Assembly: GCA_020184695.1 (NCBI GenBank)
Contig: JAANOX010000083.1
Span: 310,001 to 374,000, forward strand
Direction: 5' to 3'
Origin: Histomonas meleagridis 2922-C6/04-290x
Taxonomy: Eukaryota; Protista; Parabasalia
DNA: 64,000 bases
In this document: positions 54,977 to 64,000 of the stretch, one piece after another
Position numbering within the stretch: the first letter of the stretch is position 1
How the letters are laid out: the number at the start of each line of letters is the position of its first letter
Translations under genes and position numbers: made by a program
Notes under the pieces: model-generated
Database searches by the model: none
The model's input: the letters and a program-made list of their open reading frames with translations, nothing else
What the model was told of the DNA's origin: nothing

Positions 54977-57154
54977 TCAAATCAACAAATCATCCACCAA
55001 TTGATCGCTTGTTTGTTGTTTTGTTTGAGAAAATTGACTAGGAATTTCACCAATTCCGAATATATTTCCTAAGTTTGTTCTAATAGCGATTTGTATTTCG
55101 TTTTTATCAAGGTTTCCAGCTTTACTTTGGTCGAACTCAATTGGGGCTGTTATTTCTATGATATCACCTGATTCAATTACGTCAGGGAAAGATGGTGCTT
55201 CCTTCATTACTAGTCCTATCTTATTAACGTTAACTGCCAAAGCCAACTGACTCAAGTTTGAATTGGACTTATTTGCTATTCTAATATACATATTATTTGG
55301 ATCATAATCAACAAACACATCGATTAAAGATTCATTGTCCAATCTCAGCTTGCTCCAGTTCCTTAAGTTACTACTATCGTATCCGACATCGTCATCAGTC
55401 TCAGGTACGAACTTATTCTTTCTGACGAAATCTGATGGGACCACGTGGAGCACCCCGGAAACCGTTCCCATATTTTGAATGAGCTCTGTCAGAACTGCGT
55501 CATCGAACTGTTCTCCTGCGTGTTGTACTGTTTCTTTACCGAAGAATATTACTTCTTTCGCTAACTGTTGATCCGACGACAATAATCTCCAATATATCAA
55601 AGCTCTATTGACGACGTCTGGTACGTTTTTATCTTTTGTTGCTTCATTCAATATGAATTGTAATTGATCTTTTGAGTTTTCTGGATTCTTTAAGTATACC
55701 TTAACAAACGCAGTTAGCAATTGTAACTGTACATAAGGCTGTTCGTCATGAAATGTATCCAAGAATGGGTCCAATAACACATCGACATTCTTAATCACAT
55801 CACAATACTCTCCTAATATCCATATGCCTGCAGCGCGTGCACGAGAATCCTTTAAATGTTCGAGAGAACCACAGATTGTTTCGATAACTGACTCGAACGA
55901 TCCTGGGAACCGACGCAATATATCGCACAACACAATAACTGATTCCTCTATTGCATAATCCGCTTTACCTGCAACGAGTTTAACAAGTATATCAACACAT
56001 CTACGAACTGAAGCTTCAATTTTAATCGCTATTTGCCCAATGCATCGAATCGTCTTGCGGACAAATGAGACATCGATTTCGTTGCAATATTCTGTGAATT
56101 CGTCAAGTACAATTTGCGTGTTTTGTGGCCCACAAATTGTGACTATGATTTCTAACTTCTCCATTTTGATATATGATGGATCATTGTAGTTGCAAAAGAA
56201 GACACGGATTTCGCGCGATAATGACTTCGGATATTTATGAACAAATAATGAAAGCGTTCGAAGTATTACATATTGAATCTCGGGCTCTGCTGAGGTAACT
56301 AATGTGATAAATGGCGGAATGATTTGTGGAAAGAGTTCGGTAGACGTCTTATGTGAATAAGACATGAACAAAAATATGCATTTAAAGGACCCAATGACAA
56401 CTGATGGGTTCTTATGTTTCAGATATGGAATTAATCGCTCGATTAAAAAGTCGGCGTCATCTGCTGATTCGGGCTTGTATCGACTGATGGCGTCATAGAG
56501 TATCGTTTGACACCATTCTGAACAACTTGTGGTGGCAGAAAGAATTGGTGTTATTGTTTGGGAATTAAGTGTGAAAACTGGAGTGGAACGTTTCTCATTG
56601 ATTTCGGCAATTGCAGCTGATGTATTGGAAACAACCATTGGGTTTTCATCTTGAAGACATTCAAATAAATCATTAATAAGTTGCGCATTTTCAACAGCTT
56701 CTGGTATGACATCGTAAAGTTTTGCAACACCAAAAACAGCAGTCTTCCGTACATAAGGAGATTTATCATGAAGACACTTTTTCAATGGAATTACCATATA
56801 CTCCGCAACACTCTCAAGTTTGATACGACACATAGTACGTACAGCCAATGCACGAACTAATGGGTTGTTGTCTTCTGAATCTTGAATAAAGGTATTAACG
56901 GCCATAATTGCTTGCTCTGGTTCTTGTGCTGAATAATTGATGAGATAGAGATAAACAAGTTTTTTGAGTTCAATATCTTCTGTTTTGACACAGCGAAGCA
57001 TTGAAGAAAATAAAGATTGTACATTCTCTCCAGCTCTCATCAAATTTACAACTCGCTTAGCTGAATTCTTTCGGGCTACTGGATCGTTTCCATCAAGTTC
57101 ATTGCGGAGTTGAAGAATTTCTCCTTTGATTTCTCCATCGAAATATCTTGTCAT
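54977..57154 (-). CDS. AP-1/AP-2 adaptor complex beta subunit (beta-adaptin)
   Basis: DIELKKLVYLYLINY, NPLVRALAVRTMCRI, SPYVRKTAVFGVAKL, YNDPSYIKMEKLEI, DVSFVRKTIRCIG, VVNRALIYWRLL; appendage Ig-like region at the C-terminus. TCATT initiator-like motif at 57165-57161. Confidence 0.95.
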   Translation of the reverse strand: MTRYFDGEIKGEILQLRNELDGNDPVARKNSAKRVVNLMRAGENVQSLFSSMLRCVKTEDIELKKLVYLYLINYSAQEPEQAIMAVNTFIQDSEDNNPLVRALAVRTMCRIKLESVAEYMVIPLKKCLHDKSPYVRKTAVFGVAKLYDVIPEAVENAQLINDLFECLQDENPMVVSNTSAAIAEINEKRSTPVFTLNSQTITPILSATTSCSEWCQTILYDAISRYKPESADDADFLIERLIPYLKHKNPSVVIGSFKCIFLFMSYSHKTSTELFPQIIPPFITLVTSAEPEIQYVILRTLSLFVHKYPKSLSREIRVFFCNYNDPSYIKMEKLEIIVTICGPQNTQIVLDEFTEYCNEIDVSFVRKTIRCIGQIAIKIEASVRRCVDILVKLVAGKADYAIEESVIVLCDILRRFPGSFESVIETICGSLEHLKDSRARAAGIWILGEYCDVIKNVDVLLDPFLDTFHDEQPYVQLQLLTAFVKVYLKNPENSKDQLQFILNEATKDKNVPDVVNRALIYWRLLSSDQQLAKEVIFFGKETVQHAGEQFDDAVLTELIQNMGTVSGVLHVVPSDFVRKNKFVPETDDDVGYDSSNLRNWSKLRLDNESLIDVFVDYDPNNMYIRIANKSNSNLSQLALAVNVNKIGLVMKEAPSFPDVIESGDIIEITAPIEFDQSKAGNLDKNEIQIAIRTNLGNIFGIGEIPSQFSQTKQQTSDQLVDDLLI

Positions 57155-58031
57155 CTTAAAAATGAATAAACGATATGAGGCAATGGGTGAACGGGGTGGG
57201 CTGTTGACCGTTTAAATGCAAAAGAATATTATTATTCATTCATGTGTTTCCGATTTTTTTCATTATATTGTAAAATATTAAATTGTTTTTAAATACCTTT
57301 ATTAAGCTTAGCTCAAAGAAATGAATGATGAAAATAATTTTTTGAATGTGATAATTTTTCAAGAATGATATATATCATGTATCTAAATCATTGATGGATA
57401 AAATTTTGTTAAATGAACAAAGTGTGAATAAAAATTATATGTGAAAATAATTGCATTAAGAATATTAGAGATTATTTATGTTTTCAATATCATTCAAGTA
57501 TTGATAATAATTTAGCGAAATTGATTATGATTTATGCGTTTTTTGCAAAAATTATGTTTCTACAATAATCTATAAAAACATGGATTATTTTTTATTATAA
57601 ACTATAGATCATATGATCTATGAAAATGATCTTTTCATACTATTATTTAAATAAGAATATATTGGTTCATTAATTAATGATAACAAATTGAAAATGTTAA
57701 AAAACTTTATATATAAATCATTTTTTCTCAACTTTAGAAGCTTGAGTTCCAAAAATGTTAGAGCGTGAGAAAGAAAATAAATAAAATGAAGAACACGCAG
57801 ATATTTAATTTTGATAATAATAACATTGGATGATTAGAAAGAATTAAAAATGAAGATTAAAAAGTCAAAAAAGAAACAAAATTTAAAGTTTCAACTACAC
57901 CAAACAACATCTTTTTTTATAAATTTAAATAAGCATATCAAACTAAAAATTTTTTAAATATTCAATATTATTTGGGTTGTTCTTTCCACAATGTTTTTTT
58001 TTTTTTTTTTCTACAATTATAAATAATGAAA

Positions 58032-58562
58032 TTATTTCGTTATGTTTTTATTAATCAAAAAATCCCTTTTCATTTTCCATTCTTTTATCTGCTCATTCAA
58101 AAGCATTGAACAATCTTTGCATATCTTATCCCAATTTGTGTTTGATTGTTGAGCTAGCTGACGAAGTGATATCTGAAAGTTTAGTTTTATTGCGTTATTT
58201 CTATTAAACAAGCCGCTGATATCATTGAATGAAACTTGCATATTTTCAAGCCATCTTGAAAGTAAAAAAAATGGATCATTACCAGTTTTCTTGAACATAC
58301 AAAAAGGGCAAACAAATGAAGAATAATCTTCGAATTCGAATAAACAATCTTTGTGCAAATAATTCTCACAATTTGTGCATTTAACCATTTCTTTTTGATA
58401 TGTACTTGTTTGGCAAACGCAGTGAATTTTACTTTGATCAATATTAGTTTCATTGTTCTCGAAAATTTCACCTACTGATTCAGATTTAGAAGATACAGGA
58501 GGTGGAGGTAATTTTTCTGCTAGAGCAACAAGAAAATGTCTGATTTGCTCCTCAGAAGCCAT
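58032..58562 (-). CDS. PHD-finger protein
   Basis: C4HC3 pattern: HCVC...VKCTNCENYLHKDC...FVCPFC. Confidence 0.8.
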   Translation of the reverse strand: MASEEQIRHFLVALAEKLPPPPVSSKSESVGEIFENNETNIDQSKIHCVCQTSTYQKEMVKCTNCENYLHKDCLFEFEDYSSFVCPFCMFKKTGNDPFFLLSRWLENMQVSFNDISGLFNRNNAIKLNFQISLRQLAQQSNTNWDKICKDCSMLLNEQIKEWKMKRDFLINKNITK

Positions 58563-58816
58563 TGGTTTTTGAAATAAGGCAGTTTTTAATTGAAAAAAAA
58601 TTCAAATTCTGAAAGCATGCATTCAAAAAGTTGCTTTTTCTGTAATTATCACAGGAGGGATTTTGCTTGCAGGAATTTATTCTAATTCATTATAAATATA
58701 CTTATTTTATTATTATAAATTAATCAGCTATTTCAAGTGTAAGTAAAAACAGAAACAGACTTAGAAAAATTTAAAATTTCAATTTTAATTGAAATTAACT
58801 TTATTGGTTAAGGAGC

Positions 58817-59401
58817 TCAGCAACATTTCTTTTCTCCTTCGTTTGCATTGAGATCAACAGTTTGCTTGCGATTTCCTCCAATAGCATTGGGGTTCTGTTT
58901 CAAATACTCTTCGCAAACATCTTCGAAAACCTCATTAATTCCTTTGCCAGTAACAGCACTTGTTTCCCTATAGAGAGCCTTTATTTCAGCTGCTACTGCT
59001 TCACCTTGTTCTTGAGAAACTTGACGGTTTTGTAAATCAATTTTGTTTCCGACAAGACATGCTACAACAGATCCTTGATTAGCATCATTGAGCCTGTTGT
59101 ACCAGTCAGTTACCGAGTTTAATGATGTTGGGTTGGTTAAATCAAATACAATAAGAGCAATTTTTGCATCTCGGTAATATTGAGAAGTAAGACCACGGTA
59201 AGCTTCTTGTCCTGCTGTATCCCAAATTAAAAGATCTATGTCAGTCTTTCCAAGCTTTACCTTCGCATTGCAAAAACCTGCAGCAATTGTTGGACGAGTC
59301 TGGGTTGGGAACTCACCTGTTAGATATCTCAATGAAATACATGTTTTTCCAACACCTGAATCTCCAATCACAACGACTTTTAGGGAAAGATCGTTCGACA
59401 T
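58817..59401 (-). CDS. Rab family small GTPase (Rab5/21/22-like)
   Basis: GDSGVGKT, PTIAAGF, WDTAGQE, YYRDA, GNKIDL, ETSA, C-terminal KKCC prenylation motif. Probable start ATG 59401 (MSNDLSLK). Confidence 0.93.
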   Translation of the reverse strand: MSNDLSLKVVVIGDSGVGKTCISLRYLTGEFPTQTRPTIAAGFCNAKVKLGKTDIDLLIWDTAGQEAYRGLTSQYYRDAKIALIVFDLTNPTSLNSVTDWYNRLNDANQGSVVACLVGNKIDLQNRQVSQEQGEAVAAEIKALYRETSAVTGKGINEVFEDVCEEYLKQNPNAIGGNRKQTVDLNANEGEKKCC

Positions 59402-59931
59402 TGATTTAATAAAAAGTGTCAAAAGGCGTTTGTATAGTTTAAGTATTGTTTCAAATTTCACAATATTCCATCGTCTGAAACAAATTTGACTAATAAATAA
59501 ACTTATGAAAATTTTGGAGTTCTAATTCACCACAAGAAACACGCAATAAATTTTTTTTGCATATACATGCACATAATAAAATATCACGAAATTTATTTTA
59601 CTTCTTTTGGATCCTTCTTGTTTTAATAGTGAGAAAATTAGAGGCTTATAGATGCATTATTTAAAATTGATAAATTATGTGAAAACTGGAATAAATTTTC
59701 CATGAAATTTAGAAAACTGCTTTTCACAAAAACAAATTTTAATATCAGCAAAAAAAATTCAAAACATTGATTTACATTTTTTTACCATTTTGAATATACT
59801 TTTGTCCAAAAACATTCTAAACATTAAAACAATGAAATCACCGAGAGAACTTATGACAAAAAACCAGATGAAATTGGAATAATTACATAATTTATTTGAT
59901 TAAAATTTTTTGTATGAAAGTAATAATCTGG

Positions 59932-60132
59932 TCACTTATTTCCGTCATTGTTAACAAACTCTTCATCAGAACTGGAAGATGAAGATATTTCCGGTTTTCC
60001 TGAGTATGAAACACCTGATTCTGTATATTGAGCAGCTAATTTTTTAACTTGGTAACCCATTGGATCTGCTAACGAAAAGTTTACGAGGTCCATTGTGGAA
60101 TCAAAACAAGGATGAAGGGGAGCTGGGTTCAT
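59932..60132 (-). CDS. Small hypothetical protein (66 aa)
   Basis: ATG start preceded by A-rich leader; GC content and codon pattern above the surrounding intergenic DNA; acidic Ser-rich tail. Confidence 0.4.
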   Translation of the reverse strand: MNPAPLHPCFDSTMDLVNFSLADPMGYQVKKLAAQYTESGVSYSGKPEISSSSSSDEEFVNNDGNK

Positions 60133-60496
60133 TTTGGTTTTGTTTCTAGAAAGCCGTTAAAGGATTGTAAAATGAACATAGGTGAAGTGATATTGCGCAC
60201 TTTTTTGATAAATGCGAATTATCGTATTTTTATATTTGCAATTCATGTCAAAAAAATATATTGCAGCTTTATTCTAATATCAAATGTAATGTTTTTCTTA
60301 TCATATTATGTTCCACAAATGTATAAATTACAAAATTATTTCGATCGCGACAATTGTCAAAGGAATTCCTTTGAAGATTTGTCTTCAAAATTATTCAATT
60401 ACATCAATAGTTTGAAGCACATTTAAAAATCGAATTAAATCCAATTTAATTTTTTTTTTTTATTTTACCGAATGAATGTATAAGTCCGTTTTAACA

Positions 60497-63400
60497 TTAA
60501 TTTTCAGGCAATTTGAAATATTTTTCCAATATTTCCTTTAATTCCTTCAAGCTTTCTCTTGTTTTAGGCACCTCGTTATTTTCGTTTGTTTTTTCCAAGA
60601 ACTTATCGATATCGTTTAGTATTGTATAATGTTCTATCAAAATGTTTTTAAACTTTTCGACAATATCCTTTTGTGCAGGGTTTTGTTTCAAGAAGTTCTC
60701 ATTAAAGAAAGCTTCGCAACAATTTTTTGTTGTTGCGTACGATCTAATATTTGAAGTTACGCATAATTGCAAATAATTAACTACAACTTGTTCAGGTTTT
60801 TTTCCTGTTTTTATCCATTCATTTTCGATCCATTTCTTACTTGCCACGAATTGATGATTCTTTCTTGCGGTATCAATTGCCGCATGTTCGACACACCCAA
60901 TAATTATAGGCTTTGTTTCGAATATAACTTCTTCTCTCCTAAGTAATGTTGGCATTTGGTTTTTAATTTTGGAGAATATTTGTTTAAATTGTGTATCGAT
61001 AGAAGTATAATCATTTGAATTCTTTTCTTCCCATCTAAATATTAATGGATGTTCATTTTCGATTTTGTCTATGACATATCTCGGCTGATTTTCATCGATA
61101 TGATAATATATATTATTAATTTCATTCTCTGATGCTATGTCTACCTTCGTTACATAGATATACATATTATCATCATTTAATTGTTCTTGCGTTGGTGGGT
61201 TTTGTATGACTTTAGCTTTAGGGAATTTACTCCCCATTTCAGTTGTTACATTATTTATCATTATATGTTTTTGTCGATGATATATAAATGTTTTATTACG
61301 AAATGTTAATGGAAATTCATTTCCGATAAATGAACATCTGAAATATAATGGAAATGCTCTTTTAATCGTGACAAATCTTTTATGGATTTGCGATTGTAAT
61401 TGTTTAACTTTGATTAATAATTCGATATGTTGGAATGGTTTAATACATGTGTCAATGATTTGTTGTAATAAAACTAATGCATATTCATCAAAATCATTTT
61501 TAATATATAATTCAACTGCTTCAAATAATAATTTAGAATGTAATTCGCGATAACAATCAACTTCATAATCCAAAAATTTGGTGATTTTGGTGTTATCACA
61601 TGGTATTAATTTAAGGAGTTTCTCAATAGCTACTGCTTGTTCTAAATCATTTTCACAAGTTTTATTAAGTTTGATAAACTTTTTTAATATTTTTATTTGT
61701 TTTTCTTTGTTATTAAATTGCGTTGATTTCTCTAATAAATAATTTAATGATTCACCTATTTCATCTTGATGTAAATTACTTACTGTATATGTACGAATAA
61801 TATTTAAATGTTGTAATATTTCATTATTATCTGATGACTTTTGTTCTATACCTGTTGGAGTTTTAGTTGTAAACATTGAACTTAATTTTAAAAAATCTTT
61901 TTCTTTTGATAATTCCCATAATGAATCTAATGTATGATTTTGAGTTTCAATTGTATTTTTATGTGTAGCATAATCACAACTTAATATCGAATTATACCAA
62001 TCAATTAAAGATTTCGATTGGAATATGATATATGCTTTTAATATTGGCTCAATTAAATTAAAGTTTAATCGAGTTCGTGATGGTAATCTTTGATAAACAT
62101 TTAATAAGATTGAAAAATCATTATTAATCGAATATATATATGAATCAATTTGTTCATCTAATGGTGACGCTATAGTAATTTTACAATTTATAGCTAATTT
62201 TAATATATCTAAAAATATTTTACATTTATCTTTCTCAGGTTTCTTTGATATTTCATTTGATATTTTATTAATATTTGGTCGAATGATATATAAACTTATA
62301 AATAACTTTTTAATTGATGTAATATCTTGTCGTTCAAATAATTTATGTAATAAATCTAATGGAAATGAATCTGGATAATAAAATACTATAGCTAATATTA
62401 AATCACTTACCATTAAATCATCAATTTCTAATAATTGTGGTATTGATGAAGTAATAGAATCAGAATTAGATGAAAATAACATAGCTGTTAATATTTGGAA
62501 GATATAATCTATGTTTTGTTGTGTCTTTAATGATTCTAAAATTAAATTCGAATATAATGATTTAAGTTGTGAATTATTATCATGTTCCCATAATCCTTTA
62601 TTACTTAATGATAAAAGTAATTTTAATTTATCTTCATTAAGTATAGTATTTGCAGGATTAATAGAATTAATGAATTTACAAATAATATTAATAATTTCTC
62701 TTAAACTAAAGAAGATTTTTAAGATATCAACAAGAATTGAAAAATGTTGTAATAATAATTTTTGTGTTAATGTATTAAATGAATTTTTAACTTTATCAGT
62801 AACATTATATTCTGATATAATTTTACATAATTGATCAAATATTTGTTTAATTTTCTCAACGTTTTCTTTCTTTGGATTTAATTGATATGAATGTGCAGCT
62901 AAATTTAATAAATATGGTAAAGTTCTAATTAAATTTCTATATTCTCGTGCAGATTGATCATTATCTAACGATTTAATAATTAATTGTAATAATATATCTG
63001 CTAACATTTTAAGTGATTCACTATTTTCTTTAATATCAAACTTCGAATTAATAATTTCTTCTACTAAACTTGAATATTCAGAACCTGCTCTTGATAATAA
63101 TTCGCCATACATTGATATTAATGAATTAAATGCATCTTGTGCACATTCAGGAATCGTAGAAATAATTTCGCATAATACTAATGTAATTTCAGGAGTAAAT
63201 TTCGCCCATTCACTCATGCCGCAAAACATGAAATTAGAGATATTATTCTTTAATTCATTCTTAAAGTTTTGATAATTTAATAATTTAAATAACGCAGGAT
63301 CTTGTGTTAATAATGTCGATGTATAAAACAATTGGATATCAAGTTTACCGATTGTTTTAGCATTATCAGGCTGATTTAATTTGAAATCAGTTGGTTTAAT

Positions 63401-64000
63401 TTTCTTAACATCTGTTATAGGATATAATTTAATACTTGTAAGTGCATTTTGATTAAAACATCCAATGTCATTAGTAATATGGAAAACACCATAAGCACAT
63501 GGTGAAAATTTACTTTCTGCAAACCCAATTTTATCAACTTGGATTAATAAATATAATGATGAGAATGTTGAATCAGTCTTCGTTAAATCAATTGTCGTAG
63601 TTTCAAAGACATTTTCATCATATTTACCATTAAATATTGGTGAACACCATAATGTTGAATCATATGATGTTTCCATAATACTTTCGAATCCTTTTGTAAA
63701 TGCTTTAGTATTACTATCAATTAATTTTAATATAAATCTCGTCTTAGAATGTCGTGCTTTTAATGTTAAGTTACTTAAGTTAATATTTAATAATGAGCGC
63801 TTCTCTTTTAATGATATAGTTGACGGTAATGATAATGGTGGAACTATACTATAAGTTTGTAAGTTTTGACTACTGACAATTTCTTCAGTAATACCAAAAT
63901 GTGGTGTAATAGTAGTTTGGAAATATGGTGTACATCGTGTAATGTTCTTTTCGATTTGTGGCGGTATCGGATCTTGTGTTACTTTCTGATGCATTATATG
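60497..64000 (-). CDS. DOCK-family guanine exchange factor (C2/DHR-1-like and DHR-2-like regions); probably 5'-partial
   Basis: C-terminal YFRCSFIGNEFP..RNKTFIY.....MGSKFPKAKVI...YIYVTKV matches DOCK DHR-2 lobe A; N-terminal LYLLIQV..FSPCAYG..LYPI is DHR-1-like. The frame stays open to the window edge beyond ATG 63994. Confidence 0.75.
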   Translation of the reverse strand, partial: HIMHQKVTQDPIPPQIEKNITRCTPYFQTTITPHFGITEEIVSSQNLQTYSIVPPLSLPSTISLKEKRSLLNINLSNLTLKARHSKTRFILKLIDSNTKAFTKGFESIMETSYDSTLWCSPIFNGKYDENVFETTTIDLTKTDSTFSSLYLLIQVDKIGFAESKFSPCAYGVFHITNDIGCFNQNALTSIKLYPITDVKKIKPTDFKLNQPDNAKTIGKLDIQLFYTSTLLTQDPALFKLLNYQNFKNELKNNISNFMFCGMSEWAKFTPEITLVLCEIISTIPECAQDAFNSLISMYGELLSRAGSEYSSLVEEIINSKFDIKENSESLKMLADILLQLIIKSLDNDQSAREYRNLIRTLPYLLNLAAHSYQLNPKKENVEKIKQIFDQLCKIISEYNVTDKVKNSFNTLTQKLLLQHFSILVDILKIFFSLREIINIICKFINSINPANTILNEDKLKLLLSLSNKGLWEHDNNSQLKSLYSNLILESLKTQQNIDYIFQILTAMLFSSNSDSITSSIPQLLEIDDLMVSDLILAIVFYYPDSFPLDLLHKLFERQDITSIKKLFISLYIIRPNINKISNEISKKPEKDKCKIFLDILKLAINCKITIASPLDEQIDSYIYSINNDFSILLNVYQRLPSRTRLNFNLIEPILKAYIIFQSKSLIDWYNSILSCDYATHKNTIETQNHTLDSLWELSKEKDFLKLSSMFTTKTPTGIEQKSSDNNEILQHLNIIRTYTVSNLHQDEIGESLNYLLEKSTQFNNKEKQIKILKKFIKLNKTCENDLEQAVAIEKLLKLIPCDNTKITKFLDYEVDCYRELHSKLLFEAVELYIKNDFDEYALVLLQQIIDTCIKPFQHIELLIKVKQLQSQIHKRFVTIKRAFPLYFRCSFIGNEFPLTFRNKTFIYHRQKHIMINNVTTEMGSKFPKAKVIQNPPTQEQLNDDNMYIYVTKVDIASENEINNIYYHIDENQPRYVIDKIENEHPLIFRWEEKNSNDYTSIDTQFKQIFSKIKNQMPTLLRREEVIFETKPIIIGCVEHAAIDTARKNHQFVASKKWIENEWIKTGKKPEQVVVNYLQLCVTSNIRSYATTKNCCEAFFNENFLKQNPAQKDIVEKFKNILIEHYTILNDIDKFLEKTNENNEVPKTRESLKELKEILEKYFKLPEN

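Overview
AT-rich, gene-dense, essentially intron-free eukaryotic DNA in the standard code. Gene content, TCA(C/T)T initiator-like and RRCSGTTD motifs near ATGs, and the ankyrin family type point to a parabasalid protist (Tritrichomonas/Histomonas/Trichomonas-like; inference). Housekeeping genes: importin-beta-like (partial), SPC12, RRM, Myb-like, GFAT, maspardin-like, MyTH4-RhoGAP, GT-C-like membrane protein, UBL-UBA, beta-adaptin, PHD, Rab and DOCK (partial). Two paralogous giant modular coiled-coil repeat genes (17568-28020 + and 47391-52496 -) face each other across ~19 kb, which includes an ~11.5 kb nested transposon graveyard (Tc1, two mariners, MITE, pogo-like, MULE, unclassified TIR element). 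Top observation: in both ankyrin genes the beta-hairpin of each C-terminal repeat is broken into 20-nt units, each a 17-nt A/T-rich spacer plus one codon. Deleting only the 17-mers in the first gene restores canonical repeats (KN-KNGW-TAL, KN-KFGF-TAL, KD-KYGK-TAL) and one 472-aa ORF, with no GT-AG available. This suggests an undescribed single-codon micro-exon, non-canonical excision or bypass system.
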